Shown here: in pieces, positions 1-10,794 of the stretch
Numbering within the stretch: position 1 is the stretch's first letter
Layout of the letters: each line of letters opens with the position of its first letter
NCBI GenBank assembly: GCA_918797485.1
Contig: CAKKNE010000005.1
Location: forward strand, 2,046,001-2,110,000
Origin: Pelagomonas calceolata
Lineage: Eukaryota
Length of the DNA: 64,000 nucleotides
Direction of reading: 5' to 3'
Made by a program: the position numbers and the translations under genes
Notes under the pieces: generated by a model
Database searches by the model: none
Told to the model about the DNA's origin: nothing
Seen by the model: only the letters and a program-made list of their open reading frames with translations

Positions 1-259
1 AACTTAGCCATTTAGAGAGGCCGCAGGGGCACCCTACAACCGCCGACCGGACCGAACCAATTAGTAACGCGGAGAAGAAGCAGGCCTTCCAATGCTTCGG
101 CGTGGCGCGTTCCATGACGAGCGCCGCGGGGTCGCTCGGCCAGGGCGACCGGCGCGGCGGCGGCGGCGGTTTCGGCGGGCCCGGCGGCGGTCTGCTGGTC
201 GTGGTCTGCAGGTTTGAGGAAGCGTGCGTTACTGCGGCGTAGAGGAGGAGACGCATCAT
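1..259 (-). CDS. Possible 5' part of a signal-peptide protein running off the window edge
   Basis: ATGATG at 259/256 opens a stop-free frame to the edge (MMRLLLYAAVTHASS...PPPGPPKPPPP); the alternative frame 12..383 cannot be excluded. Confidence 0.3.
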   Translation of the reverse strand, partial: MMRLLLYAAVTHASSNLQTTTSRPPPGPPKPPPPPRRSPWPSDPAALVMERATPKHWKACFFSALLIGSVRSAVVGCPCGLSKWLS

Positions 260-558
260 GATTGCTGCTCAGTGTGCTGCAGCACTGGCAGCTCTGGCAC
301 TGCGGTGCGCGCAGCGCCTGTGGTGCGTGAGAATTGTGCCGCACTGCTGCGCGTTTGTTTTTTCGGTGCACGAGCGTCGACACAGCTCATAGCTCTCCGG
401 TGCCATCGAGAGCTGCTTGTCGAGCGACAGATTTGAAGCGCCGCGCGGGTACGAATAACTGGAACCGCAGACTTTTGCAACGCGTTCTCAGGGCCGCGCA
501 TAGATCGGCAAGCGCTTTTTACTGCTCACGGGCGCTCGTGCCACTCGTTTGCTGCCAC

Positions 559-1776
559 ATGGGTCTCCTCGCCGCCTCGGACTCAGGCGGCGCGCTCGTC
601 GTCGGCATTGGCAGCGGCGCCGTGCTCTGGCGCGTGGGAACGGCGACGACGCTGCGCGGTGCCGACGACGAGCGCTGCGTCGCCGTGGCAATAAGTGGAG
701 ACGGCGCCACGGTCGCGACGGCGTCCGACACGAAGCGCCTGCGCTGCTGGCACGGCGACGGCCTCAGCGAGGCGGAGGCGCCGCGGCGCGTGAGTGGCTT
801 GTGCATCGCGCCCTACGGCGCCGGCCAGGTCCTGCTGGCGTGCTGCGCCGGCGAGTTGTACGCGTTCCCGCTCCCGGCGCTGGACAAGCCGCCGCGGCGG
901 CTCCTCGCGCACACGTCGAGCGTCCTGACGGGCGTCAGTTATGCGAATGGCCTCGTCGCGACCGCCGACCGCAACGAGAAGGTGCGGATATCCCAGTTCC
1001 CCCGCTGCGAGGAGATCGAGAGCTTCTGTCTGGGCCACACGGACTTCGTCTCCGGCGTCGAGTTCTTGTCCGGGACGCGGCTCGTGTCCTGCGGCGGCGA
1101 CGGCTATCTGCGGGTCTGGGACGCGGCGACGGGCGACTGCGTCGCCGAGCGGCGCGTCGGCGGCGTGTGCACCTGCCTCGCCGTGTCGACGGCCGCCGTC
1201 GCCGTCGCTACGCAATACTGCCTGAATGTGCACGTCTATCCATTTGTAGAGGGCGTTCTAGCAGAGGAACCGTTTATGCTGGACCAGTGTCCCGACGACG
1301 GCGCGCCGCCGTCGGACCTGTGCTTCCGCGGTCCGTCGCTCGTGGCCCTCTTGCCAGGGGAATGGGAGGGCGGTCCCCTCGTCGAGTGGCCTAGGCCGAC
1401 GGTGCCGCCTGATGAACTGTCCGGCGCTGACGTGGAACATGTGGCCGGGCCGGCGGTGCAGGACGCCGCCGCGGGCCTGGGCGCCGTCGCCCCGTCGGCC
1501 CTCTTCCAGGCGCTCGAGCGCGACCACGCGCACGCGACGCCCGCCCGCGACGGCGACGACGCGGACAAGCCGTCCATCCTGCGCAAGCACGCGCTCGAGG
1601 CGCGCTACGACGTCTCGCAGCTAGGAGTGGTCCCCAAGAAGCAGATCGTCGAGGACATGGCGCGGCGGCGCGGGCGTGAACCCGCTCCAACACCCGAATC
1701 GCCTGCGCCACCACCAGCGCGACGGCGGCGCGGCGGCCGGCGCCACCGGCGCGACGAGCCAGAAAGTAAAGACTAA
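559..1776 (+). CDS. WDR4: tRNA m7G46 methyltransferase non-catalytic WD40 subunit (WDR4/Trm82)
   Basis: LLAHTSSVLT...ATADRNEKVRISQFP..EIESFCLGHTDFVS is the Trm82/WDR4 signature; first ATG at 559. Confidence 0.85.
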   Translation: MGLLAASDSGGALVVGIGSGAVLWRVGTATTLRGADDERCVAVAISGDGATVATASDTKRLRCWHGDGLSEAEAPRRVSGLCIAPYGAGQVLLACCAGELYAFPLPALDKPPRRLLAHTSSVLTGVSYANGLVATADRNEKVRISQFPRCEEIESFCLGHTDFVSGVEFLSGTRLVSCGGDGYLRVWDAATGDCVAERRVGGVCTCLAVSTAAVAVATQYCLNVHVYPFVEGVLAEEPFMLDQCPDDGAPPSDLCFRGPSLVALLPGEWEGGPLVEWPRPTVPPDELSGADVEHVAGPAVQDAAAGLGAVAPSALFQALERDHAHATPARDGDDADKPSILRKHALEARYDVSQLGVVPKKQIVEDMARRRGREPAPTPESPAPPPARRRRGGRRHRRDEPESKD

Positions 1777-1784
1777 CCACTCTC

Positions 1785-4055
1785 TTAGTAAGAACGCCCC
1801 CAGAGGCACCAGCACGTCGCTTCTTCACCGGTAAAGAAGCACTTGGTACCCGCCGGGAGCGGAGGTTGATCGTGCGGCACGCATAAAGTTTTCGCGGCCA
1901 ATGAGGTCGCCGTCCGTTCATCCTCCGCCTCGAGGCCCAACAGAGCCAGCGACTCTTCCCGCGACCGCTCCTTGACCTGGTCCTCCGCCTCCTGATTCTT
2001 AGGCGAGCACCACGGCGTTAATACTAAACAGTCGTCATTTAACGCAGGGACGAAGTCGCTCCAGGACGTGACCTGCACGACCTTCGAATCCCTTGCTGCA
2101 GATGCCTTGGCGAACATGACCTGGTGGATATCATCCAACTCGGCCCGAATAGCGCTACCCAGACCATTGACGGGCTTTGAGGCTTTCACACCGTCGACCC
2201 TTCGCACGACCATGACCGTGTTTGCCGCGGCATCTCGCGGCCCGACCTCCAATCGCAGCGGCACGCCCTTCTGCTCCCAGTGGTTGTACTTCCAGCCCGG
2301 CGACTGGTTTCCTCTGTCATCCACTTTACATCTTATGGAAGCATTTTTGAGCTCCTTTTTGACTTGATCGATAAATGATTGCAACTGCGACAGAGGACAC
2401 GTCTTCGAGACGATCGGGACGACCACGACTTGCACCGGAGCCACTTTTGGGGGTAGTACTAACCCCTGGTCATCCGAATGGACCATGACCATCACACCGA
2501 TCGACCGCGTCGTGAGCCCCCAGGACGTCTGCCAGGGGATCGTCTTTTTGCCGCCTTCGCCTTCGACGGCGATATTGTAGATCTTGCCGAAGTTCTGGCC
2601 TAGGTTGTGACTGGTAGCACCTTGGATGGCTCTACCCGACCCAGCAATATAAGCTTCCACCGTCGTCGTCCTCAGACCACCAGCGAACTTCTCGGCCTCG
2701 GTCTTCGTTCCTGGGATCACGGGCACGGCCAGAATCTCCTCGTAGACCCTCCGATACAACTCTAGGATAGCGTAGACCATCTCGTCGGCTTCCTCGAGCG
2801 TGTAGTGCGCCGTGTGGCCCTCCTGCCACAGGAACTCTCTCGATCTAAGGAACGGAGTGGGGTACTTGAACTCCCACCTTACCACCGAACACCACTGGTT
2901 GAGCTTGAGAGGCAGGTCGCGGTGCGATCGTAACCACTTGGCGAACTCCGGGTACATGATCGTTTCACTGGTCGGTCTTATGGCGATCGGTTCGGCTAGA
3001 TCGGTCTCACCGCTCTTCGTCACCCAGGCGACCTCCGGCGCGAAGCCCTCGACGTGGTCCTCCTCGGCCTCGAGTGCTCCCTTGGTCACGAAGAGCGGAA
3101 AGTAGCAGTTCTGCACCTCGAGGGGCTCCTCCTTGATCCACCCGTCCAGCGCCTTCTGGATCTGCTCCCACACCCCAAAGGACCAGGGTCTCAAGATGTA
3201 GCAGCCCGAGATTTTCCCGTACTCGATCATCTCGGACTTCGTAATTACTTCGCCGTACCAGGCCGCGAAGTCGCCCGTTTTGGAGGCCACTATCCTATCC
3301 AAGGTTTCCTTGCTGCCCTTCTTGTTCCTCGACTTTGTTTGTTGCTGGGGCTTGACGGGTTTCTCCTGCTTTTTGTAGGGCTTCGCCGCGACGGCCTTTG
3401 CTTTCGGCGGCGGTGGTGCAGAGCTCGTGCCGCCGAAATCCAGGATCTTCGGCGCGTGCTGCACGGCCTCCAGGAAAGCTACTACGTCTTGTGGGGAGGC
3501 GGAGACGGTCCGATCCGACCGCAGAGGGTGCGTGTTGATGTTCGCTGTGGAATTCACGAGCTCCGAGTCCAACGCGACGGTGACAACACCTTTGGTATCA
3601 TTTATAGCGGCATAGGGAGAGACAGCTCCTTTCTCCACGCCCAGAATACTGGGATCGGTCAGTCGCAGGTTCGCATTGGCCTTGATACCTAATAAGGTAG
3701 GCAGCTTCTTCATGTCCACGTGCCGGTCCGCGGCGACCGTCACGAGGAAGGTGCCCGCCTTCTTGTCTTTCAGTAACAGGTTCTTCGTTAATACACCGGG
3801 CAATGAACCCAATGCGGCTCTTTGCTCGTCGACCGTCGGCACGGCGACGTGCGCGTAGGTCCGGTGCGCGATATTTAGTTCATTGAGCTTCGCCAATACA
3901 ACGTTCGCCGCGTCGTCGTCTATGACTGTCACGCCGGCGGGCGGCGCGGCGGCGGCTGCTGGAGCTTGCCTTGGTGCGGCTGCTGGCTTAGCCGGCTTGA
4001 GGCCGCCGGCATCTAAGACAGCGAACTTCGCCGTCTTGACGGCTTTGAGCGGCAT
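1785..4055 (-). CDS. Cytosolic (eukaryote/archaea-type) prolyl-tRNA synthetase with N-terminal YbaK/ProX-like editing domain
   Basis: RPTSET, RSREFLWQEGHT, QGATSHNLGQNF and C-terminal WGRSY motifs; N-terminal KNLLLKDKK...GAVSP...INTHPL is ProX/PrdX-like. Confidence 0.95.
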   Translation of the reverse strand: MPLKAVKTAKFAVLDAGGLKPAKPAAAPRQAPAAAAAPPAGVTVIDDDAANVVLAKLNELNIAHRTYAHVAVPTVDEQRAALGSLPGVLTKNLLLKDKKAGTFLVTVAADRHVDMKKLPTLLGIKANANLRLTDPSILGVEKGAVSPYAAINDTKGVVTVALDSELVNSTANINTHPLRSDRTVSASPQDVVAFLEAVQHAPKILDFGGTSSAPPPPKAKAVAAKPYKKQEKPVKPQQQTKSRNKKGSKETLDRIVASKTGDFAAWYGEVITKSEMIEYGKISGCYILRPWSFGVWEQIQKALDGWIKEEPLEVQNCYFPLFVTKGALEAEEDHVEGFAPEVAWVTKSGETDLAEPIAIRPTSETIMYPEFAKWLRSHRDLPLKLNQWCSVVRWEFKYPTPFLRSREFLWQEGHTAHYTLEEADEMVYAILELYRRVYEEILAVPVIPGTKTEAEKFAGGLRTTTVEAYIAGSGRAIQGATSHNLGQNFGKIYNIAVEGEGGKKTIPWQTSWGLTTRSIGVMVMVHSDDQGLVLPPKVAPVQVVVVPIVSKTCPLSQLQSFIDQVKKELKNASIRCKVDDRGNQSPGWKYNHWEQKGVPLRLEVGPRDAAANTVMVVRRVDGVKASKPVNGLGSAIRAELDDIHQVMFAKASAARDSKVVQVTSWSDFVPALNDDCLVLTPWCSPKNQEAEDQVKERSREESLALLGLEAEDERTATSLAAKTLCVPHDQPPLPAGTKCFFTGEEATCWCLWGRSY

Positions 4056-4435
4056 GGCTGCGAGCGCAAAACTGCCTTGCTGCAGCGCTCGACGTGCTCG
4101 CCGGGCCCTCGACTGCGACTACAAGCTTTTTGTGAGAGGAGGCGCCGGCGAGGCGCTCGAGAGCCGAAGCCTCCGCGCACGACGCCGTCGACGACCGGTC
4201 CTGGAAAGATGGGACTGGTCGCAGCTCGAAAAATTGCGAGGCCCACAGAGGCCAAGAGCTCGACATCTCGACAATTTGCGGGCGCCAAGCGAGCTCGCAC
4301 GCAGCAAACGGCTGGATCCGACGCCGTCGCCGCTGTCAGCCATCACCGTTTGCAACAGTGCGCTACGAATTTTGGAGGTATACGCAGCGGTAGACAGCTG
4401 CGCATCCGCTCCTCCTGAGACCGCTAAACGCAGCC

Positions 4436-5665
4436 ATGTCCACCCTCGTCGAGCAGACCAAAGCCCGCAAGGACTACCACGCGAAATGGGACGCCATCGC
4501 GAAGGAAGAAGTCCAACGGGTCGAGGACGAGGACGCCCTGGACAAGCAGGCGTCCTCCCTCTCTCTGGGCACCGACAGCGGCCCGAAGTCCGAGGCCGAG
4601 GCGCAGGACAAGGCAACCAACAAGGCATTAAGAGAAGCGAAGGCCCTCTGGGAGAAGCGGCGGGACGAGGAGACGAAGCAGAAGCTCATCATTAAGGGCG
4701 AGACGAAGACGGTCGTAGTGGACCCGAAGCTACTCGGCGATGCGTTGGTCGTCGACATCCAAGAATGCAAGAAAGCGGTCGTCACGTTAATTCCAGGCTT
4801 GAAAGTCGCCAAGGTCTTCGTGAGCCAGTGCGAGGACGTGGTGGTGGAGGTGCGGTGCCCCCTCATCACGTCATTTGTGGAAGTCAGTCGGTGCACGAAG
4901 ACGACGCTCATCACCTCCAAAGTGTTACACACGGTGCAGTGCGACTTATGTGACGACTGTTCTATCATATGGGCCACTATCGAGTGTTTCAACGAAGCGC
5001 AGGATCCCGGGTCGCGGGTCTACTCCGCGGCGTGCCGGCGGCTCGGTGTCGCTGTTGGCGGGCGCCAGGACTCGCTTCGCGTCGAGGTGGACAACTTCGA
5101 CCGCTCTCTTTGCGACAAAGACACGCCGATCAAGGAGCAGCAGTTCGTCACGCAGCTGGTCGACGGGAAGTTACTCACGGAACGCATCGTGCAAGGGACG
5201 TCCAAGCGATTGGTCGGGACTACTTTGAGGGAGCTGGAGCGGGAGGGGGCGTCAGCAACAACGGTCGCCGAGGAGCAGGCCGCCGACGCGGAGCGCGAGA
5301 AGCTCGCGGGCAACCAGGCGTTCCAGAAGAGGGAATATGGGCAGGCCGCGGTGCACTACACGGTCGCGCTCGAGCGGCCGGCCTTCGCTTCTGGAAGACC
5401 GCGGGCCGTGGTGCTCGCGAACCGGTCGGCGTGCTTCCTGAAGCTGGGCGACCACGGCCGCGCGTTGGAGGACGCGGCGGCGGCGGCCGGCTTCGACGAT
5501 ACGTATGCCAAGGCCCACTTCCGGCGCGGCCTGGCGCTGCACGCGCTGGGGAGGTATCGCGAGGCGCTGCCCGAGCTCGGGAAGGCCCGCGACCTCGAAC
5601 CGAAGAACGCGCAGGTCGCGGACGCGATACGGTTCGCGGAGATGCGCCTGAGCCGGGGGGCGTAA
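4436..5665 (+). CDS. CAP-C/beta-helix-like domain plus C-terminal TPR protein
   Basis: KVFVSQCEDVVVEV..FVEVSRC..TVQCDLC..VYSAAC..EQQFVT resembles CAP C-terminal repeats; GNQAFQKREYGQAA..NRSAC..KAHFRRG are three TPRs. Confidence 0.7.
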   Translation: MSTLVEQTKARKDYHAKWDAIAKEEVQRVEDEDALDKQASSLSLGTDSGPKSEAEAQDKATNKALREAKALWEKRRDEETKQKLIIKGETKTVVVDPKLLGDALVVDIQECKKAVVTLIPGLKVAKVFVSQCEDVVVEVRCPLITSFVEVSRCTKTTLITSKVLHTVQCDLCDDCSIIWATIECFNEAQDPGSRVYSAACRRLGVAVGGRQDSLRVEVDNFDRSLCDKDTPIKEQQFVTQLVDGKLLTERIVQGTSKRLVGTTLRELEREGASATTVAEEQAADAEREKLAGNQAFQKREYGQAAVHYTVALERPAFASGRPRAVVLANRSACFLKLGDHGRALEDAAAAAGFDDTYAKAHFRRGLALHALGRYREALPELGKARDLEPKNAQVADAIRFAEMRLSRGA

Positions 5666-5939
5666 CTACACTGTGTGGTGACTTAGGATTCTTTCTACCT
5701 ACTTCTGGGGGGGTCTTTCGTGCAGAGCACGCGGATCACCGGATCACGCGGAGCGCGAGCACGAGGAGCGCGGCGCTGACGCCTGAGAGGCGGTGGGCGG
5801 CGTCGACGGTGTCACTGCCGGGGGTCGCACGCGTGTCGCGAACCGGGCGTCCGTCGCGCGTCAAGTGCGGCTCGGAAGAAAATAAGCCCAACTCTTCCCC
5901 GCGCGGCGGCGGAAGGCACGCGGTACGGAAAAACATAGG

Positions 5940-7457
5940 TTAGTAGGCCGGCCCGCGCTCGCGGTACGGCCGGTGCGCCGGCAGCAGGGGCAGGGCCCCC
6001 CACCAGGCGTCGTGGACGACGACGCCCTGGCGGTTCCCGAAGTCGTCCCGCGTGGGCACGAGGAGGGCCAGCGCGCCCTCGCTCACTTCGGTCCGCAGCC
6101 GCCACGCCGTCGCCTGCTGCCGGTTCACGGTCACGTGGACGTCGACGTGGCCCGCCCGCCGGACGACCCGCAGGGCCACCTCGGCCTTCGCGAGCCCGAA
6201 GAGCGCCGGCTTCGGTGGAAGTTGTGTTTTGACGGCGCGGCCCCAGTCGTCCTCATTTTTATCGTTCTCGACGAGGCGCCCGCCGCGCTCCCTCCTCCGA
6301 GGATTGAAGTGGTAGAGGATGGTCGCACCATCATCATGGTCGCCCGGACACAAATTCATGGCCCAGATGTCGACGTCCGCCGCGACGGACACGTGCAGTA
6401 TTAACGTGTCGTTCTCCGGAAAGTTCGGCAGCGGGACCTCCAGATATTCTTCGTCCGACGTCGCAGCATCAAAGGGCAGCGCCTCGCTCTTTATGAGTTT
6501 CGCGACGTCCCGCGTCTCCCAGGCGTCTTCGTCCACCACGAAGCGCGGGTCCTGCACCACATTATCTTCCCTTGACCGCTTCGCCCGCTTCGGCACTGCG
6601 GCCGACGCCGTCGCGCGCTGCGTACCGACGGGCCGGTTCGGCTCGTCGGCGTTCCGCGCGGCCTCGGCCGCCGCCGCGACGACGGCCGCGCCGCCGTCGA
6701 ACGTTTGAGGAGGCGGCGGCGCGACCGGCTTTTTATCCAGCACCTTGAGCTCCTTGGGCTTCTCCCGCTCCCGCAAGTCGGCCTTCCGCTTCGCGGCCTG
6801 GAGCGCGGCCTGCTGCCGTTCTCGCTCATCTTTGCTCGTGCCCTTCTTCTCCCTCGCTTGCCGCTCCTTCTCGGCGGCCTCGGCCTTGTCGATCGCGAAG
6901 CAATCCAACAGTCGAGCTTCGGCTGGTGTCACCAACTTGCCGTGCCACTCGCCGGGGCCGCTGTATACTATTCTTTCTACGGAAGAAGGGTCGATTTCGT
7001 CGAAACATCCATCCAGAAACCCGGGATCGATGTCCGGCGGCTTTTCATCGGCCGTCGGTTCGCTCTTGAACCACTCGGCGTCGAAGGGGTACGCGACGCC
7101 CGTGCCCACGCCGTTCTTCATCAACGTCGTATAGGGCACGCGCTTCCAGGCGTCGGGGTCCTTCGCCTCGAAGGCCGCGTAGGCCGCGTCGTTCGCATCC
7201 TTGTGGTCCGCGACCCACTTGCACCAGGCATCATTCCTCCGTTTCGCTTCACTCAGATTTGCTGGGTCGTCTCCTTCATTCGGGCCCGTGGTCTCGTCTT
7301 CTTGGGACATGAAGGCCCGGGCGATGCGGCGCGCCGACTCCTTGGCCTGCTGGCGCTGCTCGAGCGTCTCCGGCTGCTTGGAGACCCTTCGCAAGTCCTC
7401 GGCTATTCGTTCGTCGTCGCTGTCTTCAAACTTGTCCCACTTGCTGTAGTCGACCAT
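5940..7457 (-). CDS. Protein with N-terminal DYSKWD motif and C-terminal galectin-like domain
   Basis: 505-aa ORF; ILYHFNPR..RLVEND..DWGR resembles the galectin H-x-N-x-R/W-x-x motif. Confidence 0.65.
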   Translation of the reverse strand: MVDYSKWDKFEDSDDERIAEDLRRVSKQPETLEQRQQAKESARRIARAFMSQEDETTGPNEGDDPANLSEAKRRNDAWCKWVADHKDANDAAYAAFEAKDPDAWKRVPYTTLMKNGVGTGVAYPFDAEWFKSEPTADEKPPDIDPGFLDGCFDEIDPSSVERIVYSGPGEWHGKLVTPAEARLLDCFAIDKAEAAEKERQAREKKGTSKDERERQQAALQAAKRKADLREREKPKELKVLDKKPVAPPPPQTFDGGAAVVAAAAEAARNADEPNRPVGTQRATASAAVPKRAKRSREDNVVQDPRFVVDEDAWETRDVAKLIKSEALPFDAATSDEEYLEVPLPNFPENDTLILHVSVAADVDIWAMNLCPGDHDDGATILYHFNPRRRERGGRLVENDKNEDDWGRAVKTQLPPKPALFGLAKAEVALRVVRRAGHVDVHVTVNRQQATAWRLRTEVSEGALALLVPTRDDFGNRQGVVVHDAWWGALPLLPAHRPYRERGPAY

Positions 7458-7694
7458 GTTTTTTTTTGCTGCGCCGCGCGCGTCCCGTTCCGCTGGCGCA
7501 AGCGCGACGTCGCCGCGGCGCCGCGCGCGCGCGTGGGAGCGCCTTGACAGCAGTGCTCCTCAGAGGGAGCTTTCAGGAGGCTCGCAACGGGCGCGCCGAT
7601 TAGGTACGGCCTACGCTTCCAACACAGATGTAATGCAAGTCGTTAGCCAGCACGATTGCTAGCAGTGCTAGGAGCAGACGCTTGCTATGCGCTT

Positions 7695-7717
7695 GCTAGT
7701 GTCTTACTGCCGCTAGC
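7695..7717 (-). promoter_or_regulatory. Bipartite intergenic motif copy
   Basis: Reverse complement of GCTAGCG-N4-TAAGACACTAGC. Confidence 0.65.
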
Positions 7718-7744
7718 CTAGACCGCAGCCGAATTTTCAACAAC

Positions 7745-9640
7745 TCACAATTTACGCCGCTTCGCCGCCGGCGCCCCTTCGACCTCATGGTCGAAATAGA
7801 AGTTCGCCGCCGCCGAGTAGCCCCCCGCGCCGTCGGCCGCCGCGACGGCGTGCCACCAGTCCTTCGGCAGGACGAGCGCGTCGCCGGCGCGCAGCGTCAC
7901 GGAGACCTTCCGGACGCGGCCGTCGTCGTCGCCCGAGACGGCGCCCGGCGCCCGCTCCAGATAACCGTGGGCCGCGTGGGCGATCGTCCACGTCCGCTCT
8001 CCATGTAAACACACGTAGCAGTTCGCGAAGGCGTCGCGATGTAATTGCGTCTCACATTTTCCGTGCGCAATAAAGAACTGCGGCGGCCTTGTACCACTCA
8101 GATCTGGCAAAGGGCACGCCGGCAGCGCGAGCGCCTTACCATCACCGAGGTCGTCGAGGACGGCGTAGGCCGCCACCTCCGACGAGAGGACGTCTCCAAC
8201 GACTCCTCGGGACGCCATGGACTGCGTCAATAAGGCATCGGGGTGGCGCGTGCCGTCGAGGCAGAATTTTCCTTGCGGCGACCGGAACACCGTGCACTTT
8301 ATGGAAAGTGCGTCATCAGGCAGCGCCCACGGTTTCGAGAGAGCGTTGCGCACGACGCGCGGCATTACGGTACAAGCGTCGGCTCTGCTCCGCGTCTCGT
8401 CGACCGATTCTCTTGTCGGTTCGCACGGCACGGCGAACCAGAGCGGCCTCCCATCAAGTAGCAACGGTGTCGGAGAGAACTGGGCGTAGTGCACCGAACG
8501 GTCGCCATCGGAGGCATTCGCAGAACTACGGTGCCAGGCGTCCTTGGCGAAGACGACGACGTCGCCGGGTTCGCATTCGATGACTTGAGACGCGCCCGTT
8601 TTTTTTGATCGGAGCTCCAGGGTTCCGGAAGCGGCGGTGCAGTCATCTAGCGGCGCCCAGGTCGAGCAAAAGGCCTCAGCACTCTCAATACCACCGACCT
8701 TCTCCAATTGCTTGGCGTCGTCGCGGTGCCAATCAAAACTCGTTTTACTAAGAGCGGGCTTCACGACGAAGACCTCCGACAGTAGATGCGGGCGTTCGAA
8801 ACCAGCTGCCTGCTGCGCGGCCGCCGCGAGCGCTCCTAAAACACAGCGTTCACTCACAAAACCGTCTTCTCTAGACGTCGCGGCCCTCCTCAGCCGCCGG
8901 TAGGCCCACGCCTCGGTGCGGGCCGTGCTATCGGCCCCGAGCCGGTCCTTGACAGATAATCCAATAAAGTCGACGTTCAGGTCCCTCGCTTCTAATGCAT
9001 CATCGTCGAGGCCGTGCGCCCGCCGGCTGCTCTTCAAATCATCGCGCAGCGCTTCCACAGCATCGGCGGCGAGCCAGCCCTTGAGGAGGCAGTAGCCGTG
9101 CGCCGCGTACTGTGACGCCTCGTCCTTCCGCTGGGCCGCCGCCGACGACGAGTAGCGCCGCAGGATGTCGGACGCCGACGCTTTTACAGTGCCGGCGCTC
9201 GCGGGCGGCGCCGCCGGCGCGCGCCGCGCGGGCACGACGATGTCGACGTCGGACGACGCGCGCCGCGCGGCCGCCGTGGCGCTGTACTTGCCCAGGAGCG
9301 CCGTCGCGCGCGAGCTCGGCGCGGGCAGCGCCTCAGCGGCGACGGCCTCGATCGCGCGCCGCGGCGGCGGCGCTGCGGCTTCTTTCGGGAAGAGCTCCTT
9401 CTCGATCGCCCAGATCTTCTTCTTGAGCTGGAGCTTCGCCGGGCCCTCGGGCAGCTTCGGCAGCATGGCCTTGAGTTGCGCGCGCTGCGCGTGCTGCAGG
9501 CGCCGCAGCTTGTCCGCGACGACGGCGCGCTGGTCCTCTACCGCTGCTGGTGCGACGGGGATCGTCTCGTCATTGTTTGGAGGCGTCGAGACTGGCGCGA
9601 ACGCCGGCGCGTCGGCGGAGAGCTGCTTTTTCGAGGCCAT
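7745..9640 (-). CDS. PhyH-family dioxygenase fused to a cupin/JmjC-like domain
   Basis: HGYCLLKG..WHRDD..WAPLDD..GDVVVF..WHRS (PhyH) and QLHRD..LRAGDALVLPKDWWHAV (JmjC/cupin_8). Confidence 0.8.
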   Translation of the reverse strand: MASKKQLSADAPAFAPVSTPPNNDETIPVAPAAVEDQRAVVADKLRRLQHAQRAQLKAMLPKLPEGPAKLQLKKKIWAIEKELFPKEAAAPPPRRAIEAVAAEALPAPSSRATALLGKYSATAAARRASSDVDIVVPARRAPAAPPASAGTVKASASDILRRYSSSAAAQRKDEASQYAAHGYCLLKGWLAADAVEALRDDLKSSRRAHGLDDDALEARDLNVDFIGLSVKDRLGADSTARTEAWAYRRLRRAATSREDGFVSERCVLGALAAAAQQAAGFERPHLLSEVFVVKPALSKTSFDWHRDDAKQLEKVGGIESAEAFCSTWAPLDDCTAASGTLELRSKKTGASQVIECEPGDVVVFAKDAWHRSSANASDGDRSVHYAQFSPTPLLLDGRPLWFAVPCEPTRESVDETRSRADACTVMPRVVRNALSKPWALPDDALSIKCTVFRSPQGKFCLDGTRHPDALLTQSMASRGVVGDVLSSEVAAYAVLDDLGDGKALALPACPLPDLSGTRPPQFFIAHGKCETQLHRDAFANCYVCLHGERTWTIAHAAHGYLERAPGAVSGDDDGRVRKVSVTLRAGDALVLPKDWWHAVAAADGAGGYSAAANFYFDHEVEGAPAAKRRKL

Positions 9641-10008
9641 GCGGATGCTGTGCAGAGGCTGTGATGCTGTGCTGATGCTGTGCGCTACTTTTACAGCCTC
9701 ACGCGCGGCGCAGCGATGGCGGGCGCACTAGTGTAGCTTCGAAGCGGTGGCCGCGGACGCCTCTTAGGCGCCGCTAAGAGTGGTAAGCCAGGACGAGCGC
9801 CACGAGGTACGGTACAAGTATGGTATGGTATAGGTACTTGTGCTAAAAACCAGGCGCCCCGAACGGGTCCAAGCCACATGGCATTTGCGGATAGGACTCC
9901 GGAGGGCAGCACGCCATCGACGCGCCGCACCTGAGCGCTCCATCCCCGAAGCAAGCACACGTAGAAACAGCCGACGATAGCAAAAAACCTGCAATATATA
10001 TCAGCTCC

Positions 10009-10794
10009 TTACTCCGACATGATCTGCAGCCGGGGCAAGGACGGCAGCCCCCTTTCACCGGACGAGAAGCCCTTGCTGAATTTCTCGATGGGGTTCTCGA
10101 CCTGGAGCTTGACCGGCGGCGGCGCGTTTTTGGGCGTCGGATTCAAGTACTCCTCAATAAATTTCTGGCCCTTCGTCTTTTCACTACAGAGCGACCGGTA
10201 GTCGCCATACCCACAATACTTGCCGTCGTCTTGGACCGGCACCTCCCAGTTTGAGGGAGGTGTTTGAGAAGCGACAGAAGCGACCTTCTCGGCGACGCTA
10301 CGCCGCAGGGACGCGGCGTACTGCTCGTTCGCCGCGGACCGCTCGGCCGCGGGTACCGTGAAGCCCGCCACACTCATCCCATAAAACCGGTCCACGGGCT
10401 CCGAGTACCATTTCGGGGGCTGGAAATCGCGCAGACTCCAGAAGTCCGGGGCCCTCCCCCGGAACGAGTCCTTCACTAAAAATCCAATGCGCTCCATCTC
10501 CCGCACCTCGTCCGGGTCCAACTTGACGACGGCGCCGTTCGCGCCGAGCACGACGTCGACCAAAGCTTTTTCCTTCGAAGGGTCCTTCCCGAGCCCCGGG
10601 AGGCTCATGTCCATGGAGCCCTTCTTCGCGGCGAGGGCGCGGATCTTGTCCATGTCGATTTCGGTGTCCGCGAGTGCCGGCAGCGCGATTTGTATGATGG
10701 AGGCGGTGCCTAGCCGCAAAGCCGTGCGGCGGGCGGTGGGCCGCAGCGCCGACGCCGCGGCGCAGAGCGCCATCACATGCACGCGTGCCATCAT
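10009..10794 (-). CDS. Hypothetical plastid/thylakoid-targeted protein
   Basis: Signal peptide ending AASAL, then an RR + hydrophobic + ALA segment; no family recognised. Confidence 0.55.
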   Translation of the reverse strand: MMARVHVMALCAAASALRPTARRTALRLGTASIIQIALPALADTEIDMDKIRALAAKKGSMDMSLPGLGKDPSKEKALVDVVLGANGAVVKLDPDEVREMERIGFLVKDSFRGRAPDFWSLRDFQPPKWYSEPVDRFYGMSVAGFTVPAAERSAANEQYAASLRRSVAEKVASVASQTPPSNWEVPVQDDGKYCGYGDYRSLCSEKTKGQKFIEEYLNPTPKNAPPPVKLQVENPIEKFSKGFSSGERGLPSLPRLQIMSE

